Shown piece after piece: positions 1-7,929 of a DNA stretch of 21,656 bases. Under the pieces are notes generated by a model. That model was not told the origin of the DNA. It ran no database searches and saw nothing but the letters and a program-made list of their open reading frames with translations. The stretch covers positions 1 to 21,656 of the forward strand of contig JBFRWD010000062.1 in assembly GCA_051439425.1 (NCBI GenBank). Direction: 5' to 3'. This DNA comes from Synechococcus sp. GTDB lineage: Bacteria > Cyanobacteriota > Cyanobacteriia > Thermostichales > PCC-7336. The stretch's first letter is position 1. Every line of letters starts with the position of its first letter. The position numbers and the translations under genes were made by a program.

Positions 1-109
1 AACTTTTCAATTGGAATTCCAGATTCTTCGTCCCGAGCGAGTTCTTCGCTTAACTGTTGGCTAGGACTGTGGTGCTCGGTCTGTTTTTTGTATCGCGACT
101 ACGAATGTT

Positions 110-1822
110 TTGTCAGTCAACCAGGCAAATACCTCAAGCCCTCAGTCTACTCTCATCAGTTTTGGTGACAGTGTAAACGAAGCCCACCAAATCTTGATGT
201 CAGCCTACGAGCAATTTCAAGGGGAATCTCGACTATTTGCCTCCAGCTCTGTTCGAGAACAATACAAGCAGGCTAGAATCCTTTTTCAACGAGCAGGGAG
301 ATGTCTCGATCTCAGTCAGGTACCGACGCGTTTGAAACGAACGAAAGAGATCGAAGGGGTCTTGTTACTTAAAGAGGTACTCGATCGGATTGAACTACCC
401 CCTTTGGCTGAAATTCCTAACGAGCGCTTCATCAGCAATGACGAAGACTTCATTCGTTGGAGAATTCCCGATACACAAATTGACATTGCAAAAGTTGAGG
501 AAGGAAATAGAGCTGGGGAGTTTTTATTCTCTCCCGAAACAGTTGAAAATATTCATGATTACTATCAAAAAATTGCACACTTCCCCTATAAAGCAGGCGC
601 AACCGAAGGACTATACCAGTTCTATATTTCTACTCCAGGTAGTTTAATCCCCTCAAAGCTGAATATCTGGTTCCAGAACTTGCCGAGTTGGATGCACACT
701 ACTGTCTCTGAGCAGACTTTATGGCAGTGGTCGTGCCTGGCTATCTCTCTAGTTCTGCTGATCTGGATTCCCATGAAATATATTTCTAGACTTTCAAAAA
801 GAATATCCAATCTTTCACCTCCACAGCGAACCTGGGCACTGCTTCTGGCTCCACTCGTGACTGCTGCCGTCATATCAGTAGTTGGATTATTTCTCGATCA
901 CTGGGTCAATATTACGGGTGATGTTCTCATTTATGTATTGGTTCCCCTGAGATTTATATTTTGGTTGTCTGTCGCAATTGGAGTCTTTATATCAGGAAAC
1001 TGTCTGGCGGAGACATCGGTATTTTATCTAAAGACTAGACTTAAGGATATTGAACCCAGTGCCATCAGAACCATTTTCCAAGTGGCGAGCTTCTTTATTG
1101 CTTTAGCTGTCCTAATAATAGGAATTGAACGAGTGGGGATTTCGCTCACACCGATTATTGCTGGTTTGGGAATAGGCGGGCTGGCCCTGGCCCTGGCAGG
1201 ACAAAAGACAGTAGAAAATATTATTGCCGGACTGTCATTATTTGCGGATCGTCCGGTACAGGTAGGAGAGCGATGCCGATTTGGCGATCGCGAAGGGTTT
1301 ATTGCGAATATTGGCCTGCGTTCGACACGGATTCTGGCCTTGAATGGCGATTTAATTTCAATACCGAATTCTACATTTTCGGAACTAGAGTTGATCAATC
1401 GAAGCCGTCGCGATCGTACCCTGATCGACCAAACAATTGGCCTGCGATACGAAACAACCTCCGAGCAACTGCAGTACGTGTTGGTCAAATTGAGGGAAAT
1501 GATTCTCTCACATCCAAGGCTGCAAGAAGATGCATCGCGCGTACGATTTATAAGATACGGGGATTTTTCTCTAGATATAGAGATATACGTCTATGCAGAC
1601 ACAGGAGATCTGCAAGAGTTTCTGGGAATTCAAGAAGATCTGCTACTGCGGGTGAAGGCGATTGTTGAAGGGGCAGGTACGGGCTTTGCTTTTCCTTCAC
1701 AAACCGCTTATCTATCTCGGGACGACGGTCTAAACAGCGAACTCAGTCGTAAGGCTGAAGCTGCGGTGAAAGAATGGCGTTCTCAAGGCGTGCTGCCCTT
1801 CCCGGAGTTTTCGGACGAATAA
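110..1822 (+). CDS. mscS: Mechanosensitive ion channel (MscS family, large periplasmic N-terminal domain); probably C-terminally truncated by a premature TAA
   Basis: 570-aa ORF with several TM segments, then GLGIGGLALALAGQKTVENIIAG, DRPVQVGERC, IGLRSTRI, IPNS and FAFPSQT MscS motifs. The same frame continues after TAA(1820-1822) as QDRLRNTLDFPPEGSP. The TTG start is uncertain. Confidence 0.9.
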   Translation: MSVNQANTSSPQSTLISFGDSVNEAHQILMSAYEQFQGESRLFASSSVREQYKQARILFQRAGRCLDLSQVPTRLKRTKEIEGVLLLKEVLDRIELPPLAEIPNERFISNDEDFIRWRIPDTQIDIAKVEEGNRAGEFLFSPETVENIHDYYQKIAHFPYKAGATEGLYQFYISTPGSLIPSKLNIWFQNLPSWMHTTVSEQTLWQWSCLAISLVLLIWIPMKYISRLSKRISNLSPPQRTWALLLAPLVTAAVISVVGLFLDHWVNITGDVLIYVLVPLRFIFWLSVAIGVFISGNCLAETSVFYLKTRLKDIEPSAIRTIFQVASFFIALAVLIIGIERVGISLTPIIAGLGIGGLALALAGQKTVENIIAGLSLFADRPVQVGERCRFGDREGFIANIGLRSTRILALNGDLISIPNSTFSELELINRSRRDRTLIDQTIGLRYETTSEQLQYVLVKLREMILSHPRLQEDASRVRFIRYGDFSLDIEIYVYADTGDLQEFLGIQEDLLLRVKAIVEGAGTGFAFPSQTAYLSRDDGLNSELSRKAEAAVKEWRSQGVLPFPEFSDE

Positions 1823-1873
1823 CAAGATCGGCTCCGCAATACTCTAGACTTCCCACCAGAAGGCTCGCCCGGC

Positions 1874-2007
1874 TCTTCCCGGTTGTGTCGCGCGGTGGCT
1901 CTTGGAATTCCCCTCCCCCGCTATGCCGCTCGGCGCGCCGTCGCTGGAACAAACCCGACTTCAGGAACGACAACATGGGCTTCCGTGTGGTGTGTTCCTC
2001 GGCGCGA
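1874..2007 (+). other. Orphan DGR variable-region-like segment (C-terminal end of an FGE-sulfatase/CLec domain)
   Basis: Codons from 1891 read RGGSWNSPPPLCRSARRRWNKPDFRNDNMGFRVVCSSAR (stop 2038-2040), the canonical end of FGE-sulfatase/CLec domains. The upstream part of the domain is absent. Confidence 0.8.
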
Positions 2008-2149
2008 CCTATTGCTCCCCTCTCCAGGGAGAAACGATAACGACGGGGGCTGCCAGCAGAAAAGTGAGTAATGGGATAACGCTCTCCCTCAGGCTGGCTA
2101 CAATCCATTCATCGTTTGGCGATCCCTTTCTCAGCAAGCGTGCCAAGTC

Positions 2150-3928
2150 CTAGATTGCTGCAGGATTGCCCATCTGCACCTTCCACAGGCTCGCATATAA
2201 CCTATCTCGCGAAACTAGCTCGTCGTGTCGCCCCTGCTCGGTTATTTGACCGTTTTCCATGACGTAAATCCTATCGGCATTGCGAATGGTCGATAGCCGG
2301 TGAGCGATCGCAATCACCGTCCGTCCTCGTGAAATCTTATCCAGCGATCGCTGAATGGCAGCTTCCGTCTCGTTATCCACCGCCGATGTCGCCTCATCCA
2401 AAATCAGCACCGGAGGATCTTTCAAAATGGCTCGTGCGATCGCCAATCGTTGCCGTTGCCCTCCCGACAAACGCTGACCCCGTTCCCCCACAATCGTGTC
2501 GTACCCCTGGGGCAACATCTCAATAAACTCGTGCGCCTCTGCCAGCTTGGCCGCGTTGATTATTTCCTCAGAAGTGGCATCAAAACTGCCATAGCGAATA
2601 TTCTCGGCCACTGTCCCGTGGAACAAGAACACATCCTGACTGACCAACCCGATCGCCCGTCGTAAATCCTTTAGGTTAAGGCTGTGCAGTTCCTGACCGT
2701 CGAGGGTGATGTGGCCGCGATCGATTTCGTAGAACCGCAGGAGTAGCTTCACCAGCGTGCTCTTCCCAGACCCCGTTGGCCCCACCACCGCGATCGTCTG
2801 ACCGGCAGGTACGTGCAGCGACAGATCGGTGACAACGGGAGGGCGATCGGCATAAGCAAACGTGACACTGTCGAAGTGCAGCTCTCCCTTCACGGAGGCC
2901 AAAGGTAACGGCTGTCGACCGGTACGAATCGAGATCGGCGTATCTAGCAAATTGAGGATGCGCGTGGTGGACGCCATTGCCCGCCGATATTCATCCAGAG
3001 TTTCTCCCAATCGAGTTAGAGGCCACAACAATCGCTGAGTCAGAAATACCAATGTGCTGTAGACCCCCACATCCAAAGCTCCGTTGGCCGCCTGCATCCC
3101 TCCCATAAGCAACGTGGCAGTAAATCCCACCAGAATGATGATGCGAATTAGAGGGACAAACGCCGCGCTGACGGCGATCGCACGACGGTTACTTTGCCGA
3201 TAGGCGTCGCTTTCAATCCGGAGGCGATCGCTTTCAAATGCCTCCGCCGTAAAGCTTTTAATCGTAGCCATCCCGCCCAAGTTGTTCGCCAACCGTGCGG
3301 CCAATAGCCCCACCTTCTCTCGCACGTCACCGTACAGCGGAGCCAGCTTGCGCTGAAACATCAGCGAGCCCCACAAAATAAAGGGCATCGGCAACATAGC
3401 CATCCAAGCCACCGAGGGTGTGAGCACAAAGAATGTGGTTCCCACAATAATGACGGTGGTCGTCACCTGAATCAGGTCGTTGGCTCCACCATCCAAAAAA
3501 CGTTCCAGTTGATTGACGTCGTCGTTCAAGATCGACATCAACTCCCCCGTACTGCGCTGCTCGAAATACGCCATCTCCAGTTCTTGCAAGTGGCCATAAG
3601 CTTCCAACCGCAAATCGTTTTGGATATGTTGAGCCAAATTCCGCCATAACCGCGCAAAGGCATATTCGAATGCTGATTCCAATCCCCAGACAATTAGGGT
3701 TAGGAAGGACAAAATCAGGAGCTGATGAAAAACAGAGTCAACTCCAAATTGAGCGATAAACGAGTTGTCTTTCTCCACCACAACATTGACGGCAATACCA
3801 ATCAAGGCAGGTGGGGCCAAGTCGAATAGCTTATTCAGAACCGAACAACCGGATGCCAACCAAATTTGCTGGCGATAAGTGCGGGCATACTTCAGCAACC
3901 GAACGAAGGGAGTGGATGGATCGGGCAT
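2150..3928 (-). CDS. ABC exporter, fused permease/ATPase (MsbA/multidrug-like)
   Basis: N-terminal TM domain, Walker A GPTGSGKST, signature LSGGQRQR, Walker B ILDEATSAVD, H-loop IAHRLST. ATG at 3928 preferred over TTG at 3937. Confidence 0.93.
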   Translation of the reverse strand: MPDPSTPFVRLLKYARTYRQQIWLASGCSVLNKLFDLAPPALIGIAVNVVVEKDNSFIAQFGVDSVFHQLLILSFLTLIVWGLESAFEYAFARLWRNLAQHIQNDLRLEAYGHLQELEMAYFEQRSTGELMSILNDDVNQLERFLDGGANDLIQVTTTVIIVGTTFFVLTPSVAWMAMLPMPFILWGSLMFQRKLAPLYGDVREKVGLLAARLANNLGGMATIKSFTAEAFESDRLRIESDAYRQSNRRAIAVSAAFVPLIRIIILVGFTATLLMGGMQAANGALDVGVYSTLVFLTQRLLWPLTRLGETLDEYRRAMASTTRILNLLDTPISIRTGRQPLPLASVKGELHFDSVTFAYADRPPVVTDLSLHVPAGQTIAVVGPTGSGKSTLVKLLLRFYEIDRGHITLDGQELHSLNLKDLRRAIGLVSQDVFLFHGTVAENIRYGSFDATSEEIINAAKLAEAHEFIEMLPQGYDTIVGERGQRLSGGQRQRLAIARAILKDPPVLILDEATSAVDNETEAAIQRSLDKISRGRTVIAIAHRLSTIRNADRIYVMENGQITEQGRHDELVSRDRLYASLWKVQMGNPAAI

Positions 3929-4075
3929 AGCAAGCAAAAATCGGATTTACCCATTGTGAGCTGTCGCAGTCCGGTTGACCGACCAATTCGGAAATGTTCA
4001 TTTCAGACAGCACAATCCATAACCGACAGCGAGATAAGATGGCGGCCGAAGATCGATTCTGAAAGGGGCTGGGCA

Positions 4076-4276
4076 ATGACTGCAACGTTTGAATTTACCG
4101 TGCCAAAACTGGCCTGTCAGGTCTGTGTCGGCAATGTGACCAAGGCCGTACAGGGAGTGGATGAGAATGCCACCATCGATGCCAACCCGCAAACAAAAAT
4201 CGTAAAAGTGACCAGCGATCGCCCCGAAGCGAGCTTGAGAGATGTCTTGACTGCGGCGGGCTATCCTCCCAACTGA
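4076..4276 (+). CDS. atx1: Heavy-metal-associated (HMA) domain copper chaperone, Atx1/CopZ-like
   Basis: 66 aa MTATFEFTVPKLACQVCVGNVTKAV...AAGY with CxxC motif. GAAAGGGG RBS-like sequence precedes ATG 4076. Confidence 0.85.
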   Translation: MTATFEFTVPKLACQVCVGNVTKAVQGVDENATIDANPQTKIVKVTSDRPEASLRDVLTAAGYPPN

Positions 4277-4320
4277 ACAAAGGCAGAGTCAGAGAATCGG
4301 CTTCAAGACCGTGGGAGGAG

Positions 4321-4902
4321 ATGAGTTTGGACTGGGAGCAACATTATCAAGATGGAGATACCCCCTGGGATAAAGGAGAGGCATCGCCTGGGTTGGTGGA
4401 ATATTTGGAGCGCCAACCGTTGACGGGAACCGTACTCGTGCCAGGATGCGGTAAAGGACACGACGTCCGAGCCATTGCAGCAACTGGAGCAAGCGTTACC
4501 GGATTGGATTTTGCCCCGAGTGCGATCGCTGCTGCCCAACAGTTTCCAATAGTGAATGGCGAACGATACGAAACGGCAGATTTCTTCGACCTTCCCAATC
4601 GCTTTCACAACAGCTTTGATGTGATCTTCGAACACACTTGCTTCTGCGCAATCGACGTTGTCATGCGAGAGGATTACGTGCGATCGGTGACTCAAGCATT
4701 GAAGCCAGCAGGTCATTTCCTTGCGGTGTTTTACCTCGACCCAGCTCCCGGTCGAGATGGCCCGCCCCATCGCGTCTCCACAGCCGAACTCGATCGCTTA
4801 TTCGGCCCTTTCTTCACCCCATTGCAAGATTGGCAACCCACGCGGGCCTATTCTTCGCGCATCGGCCGCGAGCGCATGCGTCTCATGCAACTCAAGGGCT
4901 AA
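4321..4902 (+). CDS. SAM-dependent methyltransferase, TPMT / thiol-halide methyltransferase family
   Basis: W-x3-Y...TPWD, VLVPGCGKGHDV, GLDFAPSA, FEHTCFCAI and GPP motifs. GGAGGAG immediately upstream. Confidence 0.88.
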   Translation: MSLDWEQHYQDGDTPWDKGEASPGLVEYLERQPLTGTVLVPGCGKGHDVRAIAATGASVTGLDFAPSAIAAAQQFPIVNGERYETADFFDLPNRFHNSFDVIFEHTCFCAIDVVMREDYVRSVTQALKPAGHFLAVFYLDPAPGRDGPPHRVSTAELDRLFGPFFTPLQDWQPTRAYSSRIGRERMRLMQLKG

Positions 4903-5180
4903 GGCAGCTCACCGACTGACGCTCTGCCGATCGTTCGAGTATGGCAGGGCTTGAATGGGAAGAATTCAACAGCCTTCAATTGTCTTGGGCAAACCGTTGC
5001 ACGGCTTCTTCGCAGAAATCCCCGCCCTCTAAGAATAAAAAACATTCATACTTCCAGACGCTACAGAAACGTGTTGTTCGCGCTTGGAGAACTCAATGTA
5101 CCTTTGCTACGGTAAATCCCCTTACACACGAAGATGTTTTGAAACTACTATGACAAAATCACTTACATAATCCTAACGAA

Positions 5181-5681
5181 GTGTCGAACCGGATCGATAC
5201 GAATAGCATCTCTTCGAAGGCGATTACTATCCGCCGCCGCCGTTGGGGTGAAATGTCGAAACTAGAAAGCATCTTCGAAGATGCCACGATCTCCCACTGC
5301 ACCCGCGTTTACACTGTCAAGCAGATCCAAGTATTGCTGCAAACGAATAACCCAAGGCGATACAGCTCGCACCTAACAATGGTTGCCGAATGGGACGAGC
5401 GTATCGTGGGGTATGCCTCGCTATGGAGCAATTCCATCCAGGCTGTCTATGTCGATCCATACTGCGGTCGTAGAGGTATTGGTCGAAAACTCGTGAGTGC
5501 CCTAGAACACCACGCACGGCATAGTCTGAATCCCGTCCTGAAAGTGACCTCTTCACTTAATGCAGAACCCTTCTATCGCTCCTGCGGTTTTCAACAGGTA
5601 GAGGAAATGGTCACCAAATATTGGCAGTTCCAATCTGTAGACATTCCAGTTGTTCTGATGGAAAAGCATGTGGGTGGGTAA
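5181..5681 (+). CDS. GNAT family N-acetyltransferase
   Basis: VYVDP..GRRGIGRKL acetyl-CoA binding motif and SSLNAEPFYRSCGF. Start codon uncertain. Confidence 0.85.
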   Translation: MSNRIDTNSISSKAITIRRRRWGEMSKLESIFEDATISHCTRVYTVKQIQVLLQTNNPRRYSSHLTMVAEWDERIVGYASLWSNSIQAVYVDPYCGRRGIGRKLVSALEHHARHSLNPVLKVTSSLNAEPFYRSCGFQQVEEMVTKYWQFQSVDIPVVLMEKHVGG

Positions 5682-5978
5682 GCCCATGAGAAAACCATCA
5701 TAGCTAGCCACCGAGTTTCCGTATGAACCTTGCTCCTCAGTAATTTTTAGCGATCATCTATTTGCCCAGCACTACCGAAATATGCTGAGTTGAAGGGTTT
5801 CTGGGGCTGGGTATTCTCTGATAGCCCTAGACGCCCGCCTTGTTCACCGAGCGCCAAGCCACTTGATTGGTATAGCAGTGGCCAATACCACTGCGGACAT
5901 TTCAGCGATGTCCAGCCCTGGCTGCGATTGAAAACGTTTGTCCTAACTGAAATGACAAAAACTATACGAGTCAGTTCT

Positions 5979-6599
5979 ATGCGTGGCGAACCCTTTTTAT
6001 TTCAGGTATTCGACAATCCCATATGGTTTTTGCAATATGCGATCGTCATTGTGATTTCAATTTGTCTGCATGAGCTCGGCCACGGATTTGCGGCCATTTA
6101 TTTGGGGGACGATACTCCAATTCGCTCGGGGCATATGACTTGGAACCCAGTAGTTCATATGGGAGTCCCCTCGCTGATTTTTTTGATGGTGACAGGGATG
6201 GCATGGGGAGCGATGCCGGTAACACCATCGCGACTGCACTCGTCCTTTGGAGATGCGATCGTTTCAGCTGCCGGACCGTTTACGAATTTTGCACTAGCAA
6301 TTACCAGCACATTTGTTGTCAACCTATTACTACTACTTCCTAGAGGCGAGTTTGTTGTAGGGCTAGCAAACTTTTTCTTGCTGGCAGTCTATGTCAACAT
6401 CACCCTTGGACTGTTTAACCTCATTCCCGTTCCTCCTCTAGACGGGTTTCGTGTCTTTAAACGGTTCATCCCGAAGTTTGGATCGATTGAAGGGACGCCC
6501 TACGGTTTTATTGCACTCTACGTACTCTTTTTTAGTGGGTTTTCAGGGGTGTTGTGGAAAGCGTCCGATGCGATCCTTCAGTTTCTTGTCAACGCGTAA
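5979..6599 (+). CDS. Site-2 protease (peptidase M50) intramembrane zinc metalloprotease
   Basis: HELGH zinc motif, AAGPFTN and FNLIPVPPLDG. ATG 5979 (or 5952) is more plausible than TTG 5790. Confidence 0.92.
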   Translation: MRGEPFLFQVFDNPIWFLQYAIVIVISICLHELGHGFAAIYLGDDTPIRSGHMTWNPVVHMGVPSLIFLMVTGMAWGAMPVTPSRLHSSFGDAIVSAAGPFTNFALAITSTFVVNLLLLLPRGEFVVGLANFFLLAVYVNITLGLFNLIPVPPLDGFRVFKRFIPKFGSIEGTPYGFIALYVLFFSGFSGVLWKASDAILQFLVNA

Positions 6600-6966
6600 A
6601 TCCAGGCATTCGTGAATGGAGCATGACGGAATTAGAGTGAGATATCAACACCTCCGCAAAGTTTCGCGACGGTCTGTCATTGGCGGCTGTGACCATTACA
6701 TCTTCATTAAGCGTACGTGAGTCCTCGCTTCCTATCTGAAGCGCTTCTTCCTCTCAATTTGTCGATATCGTTTGTAGCCTTGAACGATCGCCGATTGCCA
6801 AATGATATGCCAATCGCCCCTTTGATCTCGGTACTTCTACCGCTAGGGCACGCCTTTCGATAGCTAACGAAAATCCAAGCAGGGCAAGCCAATTCCAGCT
6901 TTTGTCTTGCCACCCAAACGCTCCAACAGCCCCTGCTAGAATCCCAAAAACGATGGATTCAGCGAG

Positions 6967-7821
6967 ATGAAGCCGAAGCAAAAGCTTTTAATATGCACCG
7001 ATCTGGATCGCACCCTGATTCCCAATGGTGCTGCCGAAGAATCTCCCAACGCGCGGGAGCTATTTCAGCATTTCGTCAGCCGTCCCGAAGTTTCGCTCGC
7101 TTATGTCACTGGTCGAGACCTCGATGCCATCAATCAGGCGATCGCCGACTACAAACTGCCTGTCCCCGACTATGCGATCGCCGATGTAGGAGCCAGCATC
7201 TTCACCCATAGCAATGGGGAGTGGACACGTATCGAGGAGTGGGATCGCCAAAGTGCCAATTATTGCAAGAAAGACCATTGGAGCGATCTGGACGAACTGT
7301 TTGACGACCTAGACTGCTTGGAATTGCAAGAGCCTGCCAAGCAAGGGTTATACAAGCTCAGTTATTACGTTCCGGGCGAAGTGAATAGCACCACCCTGAT
7401 GGTGAAGCTGAAAACTCGGCTGAAATGGGAAGAAGTTCAGGCCAAAGTCATTTGGAGCACCGACGAACACCAAAAGCTAGGGTTAGTGGACATCCTGCCC
7501 GCCAATGCCGATAAATGTCTGGCACTGGAATTTCTCTTGGAGCGATTTGGGTTCAACCGCGATCGCACTCTGCTAGCTGGAGTCAGTGCCAACGACATCA
7601 CCGTAATGGCCAGCGATATCCCCGCCGTATTGGTGGCCAATGCTGGGGCCGAGATCAAGCGATTAGCCTACCGCCGCGCCCGCGAAAGCCACAATCTTCA
7701 GGCCCTATACATTGCTCGCGGGGAACGTTTGGGGATGAATGGGAACTACGGTGCAGGCATCTTGGAAGGAGTTGCCTATTTCTTTCCAGAAGCACTCTCC
7801 TGGATTACTCCTCAGACCTAG
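6967..7821 (+). CDS. HAD-IIB family sugar-phosphate phosphatase (sucrose-phosphate phosphatase-like)
   Basis: Motif I TDLDRTL, motif II YVTGR, DVG, LP..ADK, and a variant motif IV GVSAND. Adjacent to a PfkB kinase. Confidence 0.85.
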   Translation: MKPKQKLLICTDLDRTLIPNGAAEESPNARELFQHFVSRPEVSLAYVTGRDLDAINQAIADYKLPVPDYAIADVGASIFTHSNGEWTRIEEWDRQSANYCKKDHWSDLDELFDDLDCLELQEPAKQGLYKLSYYVPGEVNSTTLMVKLKTRLKWEEVQAKVIWSTDEHQKLGLVDILPANADKCLALEFLLERFGFNRDRTLLAGVSANDITVMASDIPAVLVANAGAEIKRLAYRRARESHNLQALYIARGERLGMNGNYGAGILEGVAYFFPEALSWITPQT

Positions 7822-7825
7822 TGTT

Positions 7826-7879
7826 TTCCCCGCTTTAATGCTCTCCCCAGCCTTAATGCCCTCCTCAGCCTTTATCGAC
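7826..7879. repeat. Imperfect 18-bp tandem repeat, 3 copies
   Basis: ttccccgctttaatgctc / tccccagccttaatgccc / tcctcagcctttatcgac. Confidence 0.7.
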
Positions 7880-7929
7880 ATTGACCGTAATCGAGATCGA
7901 GAGGGGCTGAGACTACGCGATCGAAACGT

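Noticed and set aside
1774..2040. 88-aa ORF as an independent gene
   Set aside because: Its first half is an alternate frame of the mscS tail. Only the last ~45 codons look like a domain fragment, reported as the VR-like segment.
3866..4075. N-terminal extension of the HMA protein in the ORF track
   Set aside because: It overlaps the ABC gene start and divergent promoter region. The RBS and family length support ATG 4076.
5098..5110. NtcA-like site gtacctttgctac upstream of the GNAT gene
   Set aside because: Spacing is GTA-N7-TAC rather than the required N8.
6754..6981. 75-aa hydrophobic ORF on the minus strand
   Set aside because: It overlaps the start of the HAD gene head-to-head, has a weak start codon and shows no recognisable family motif.
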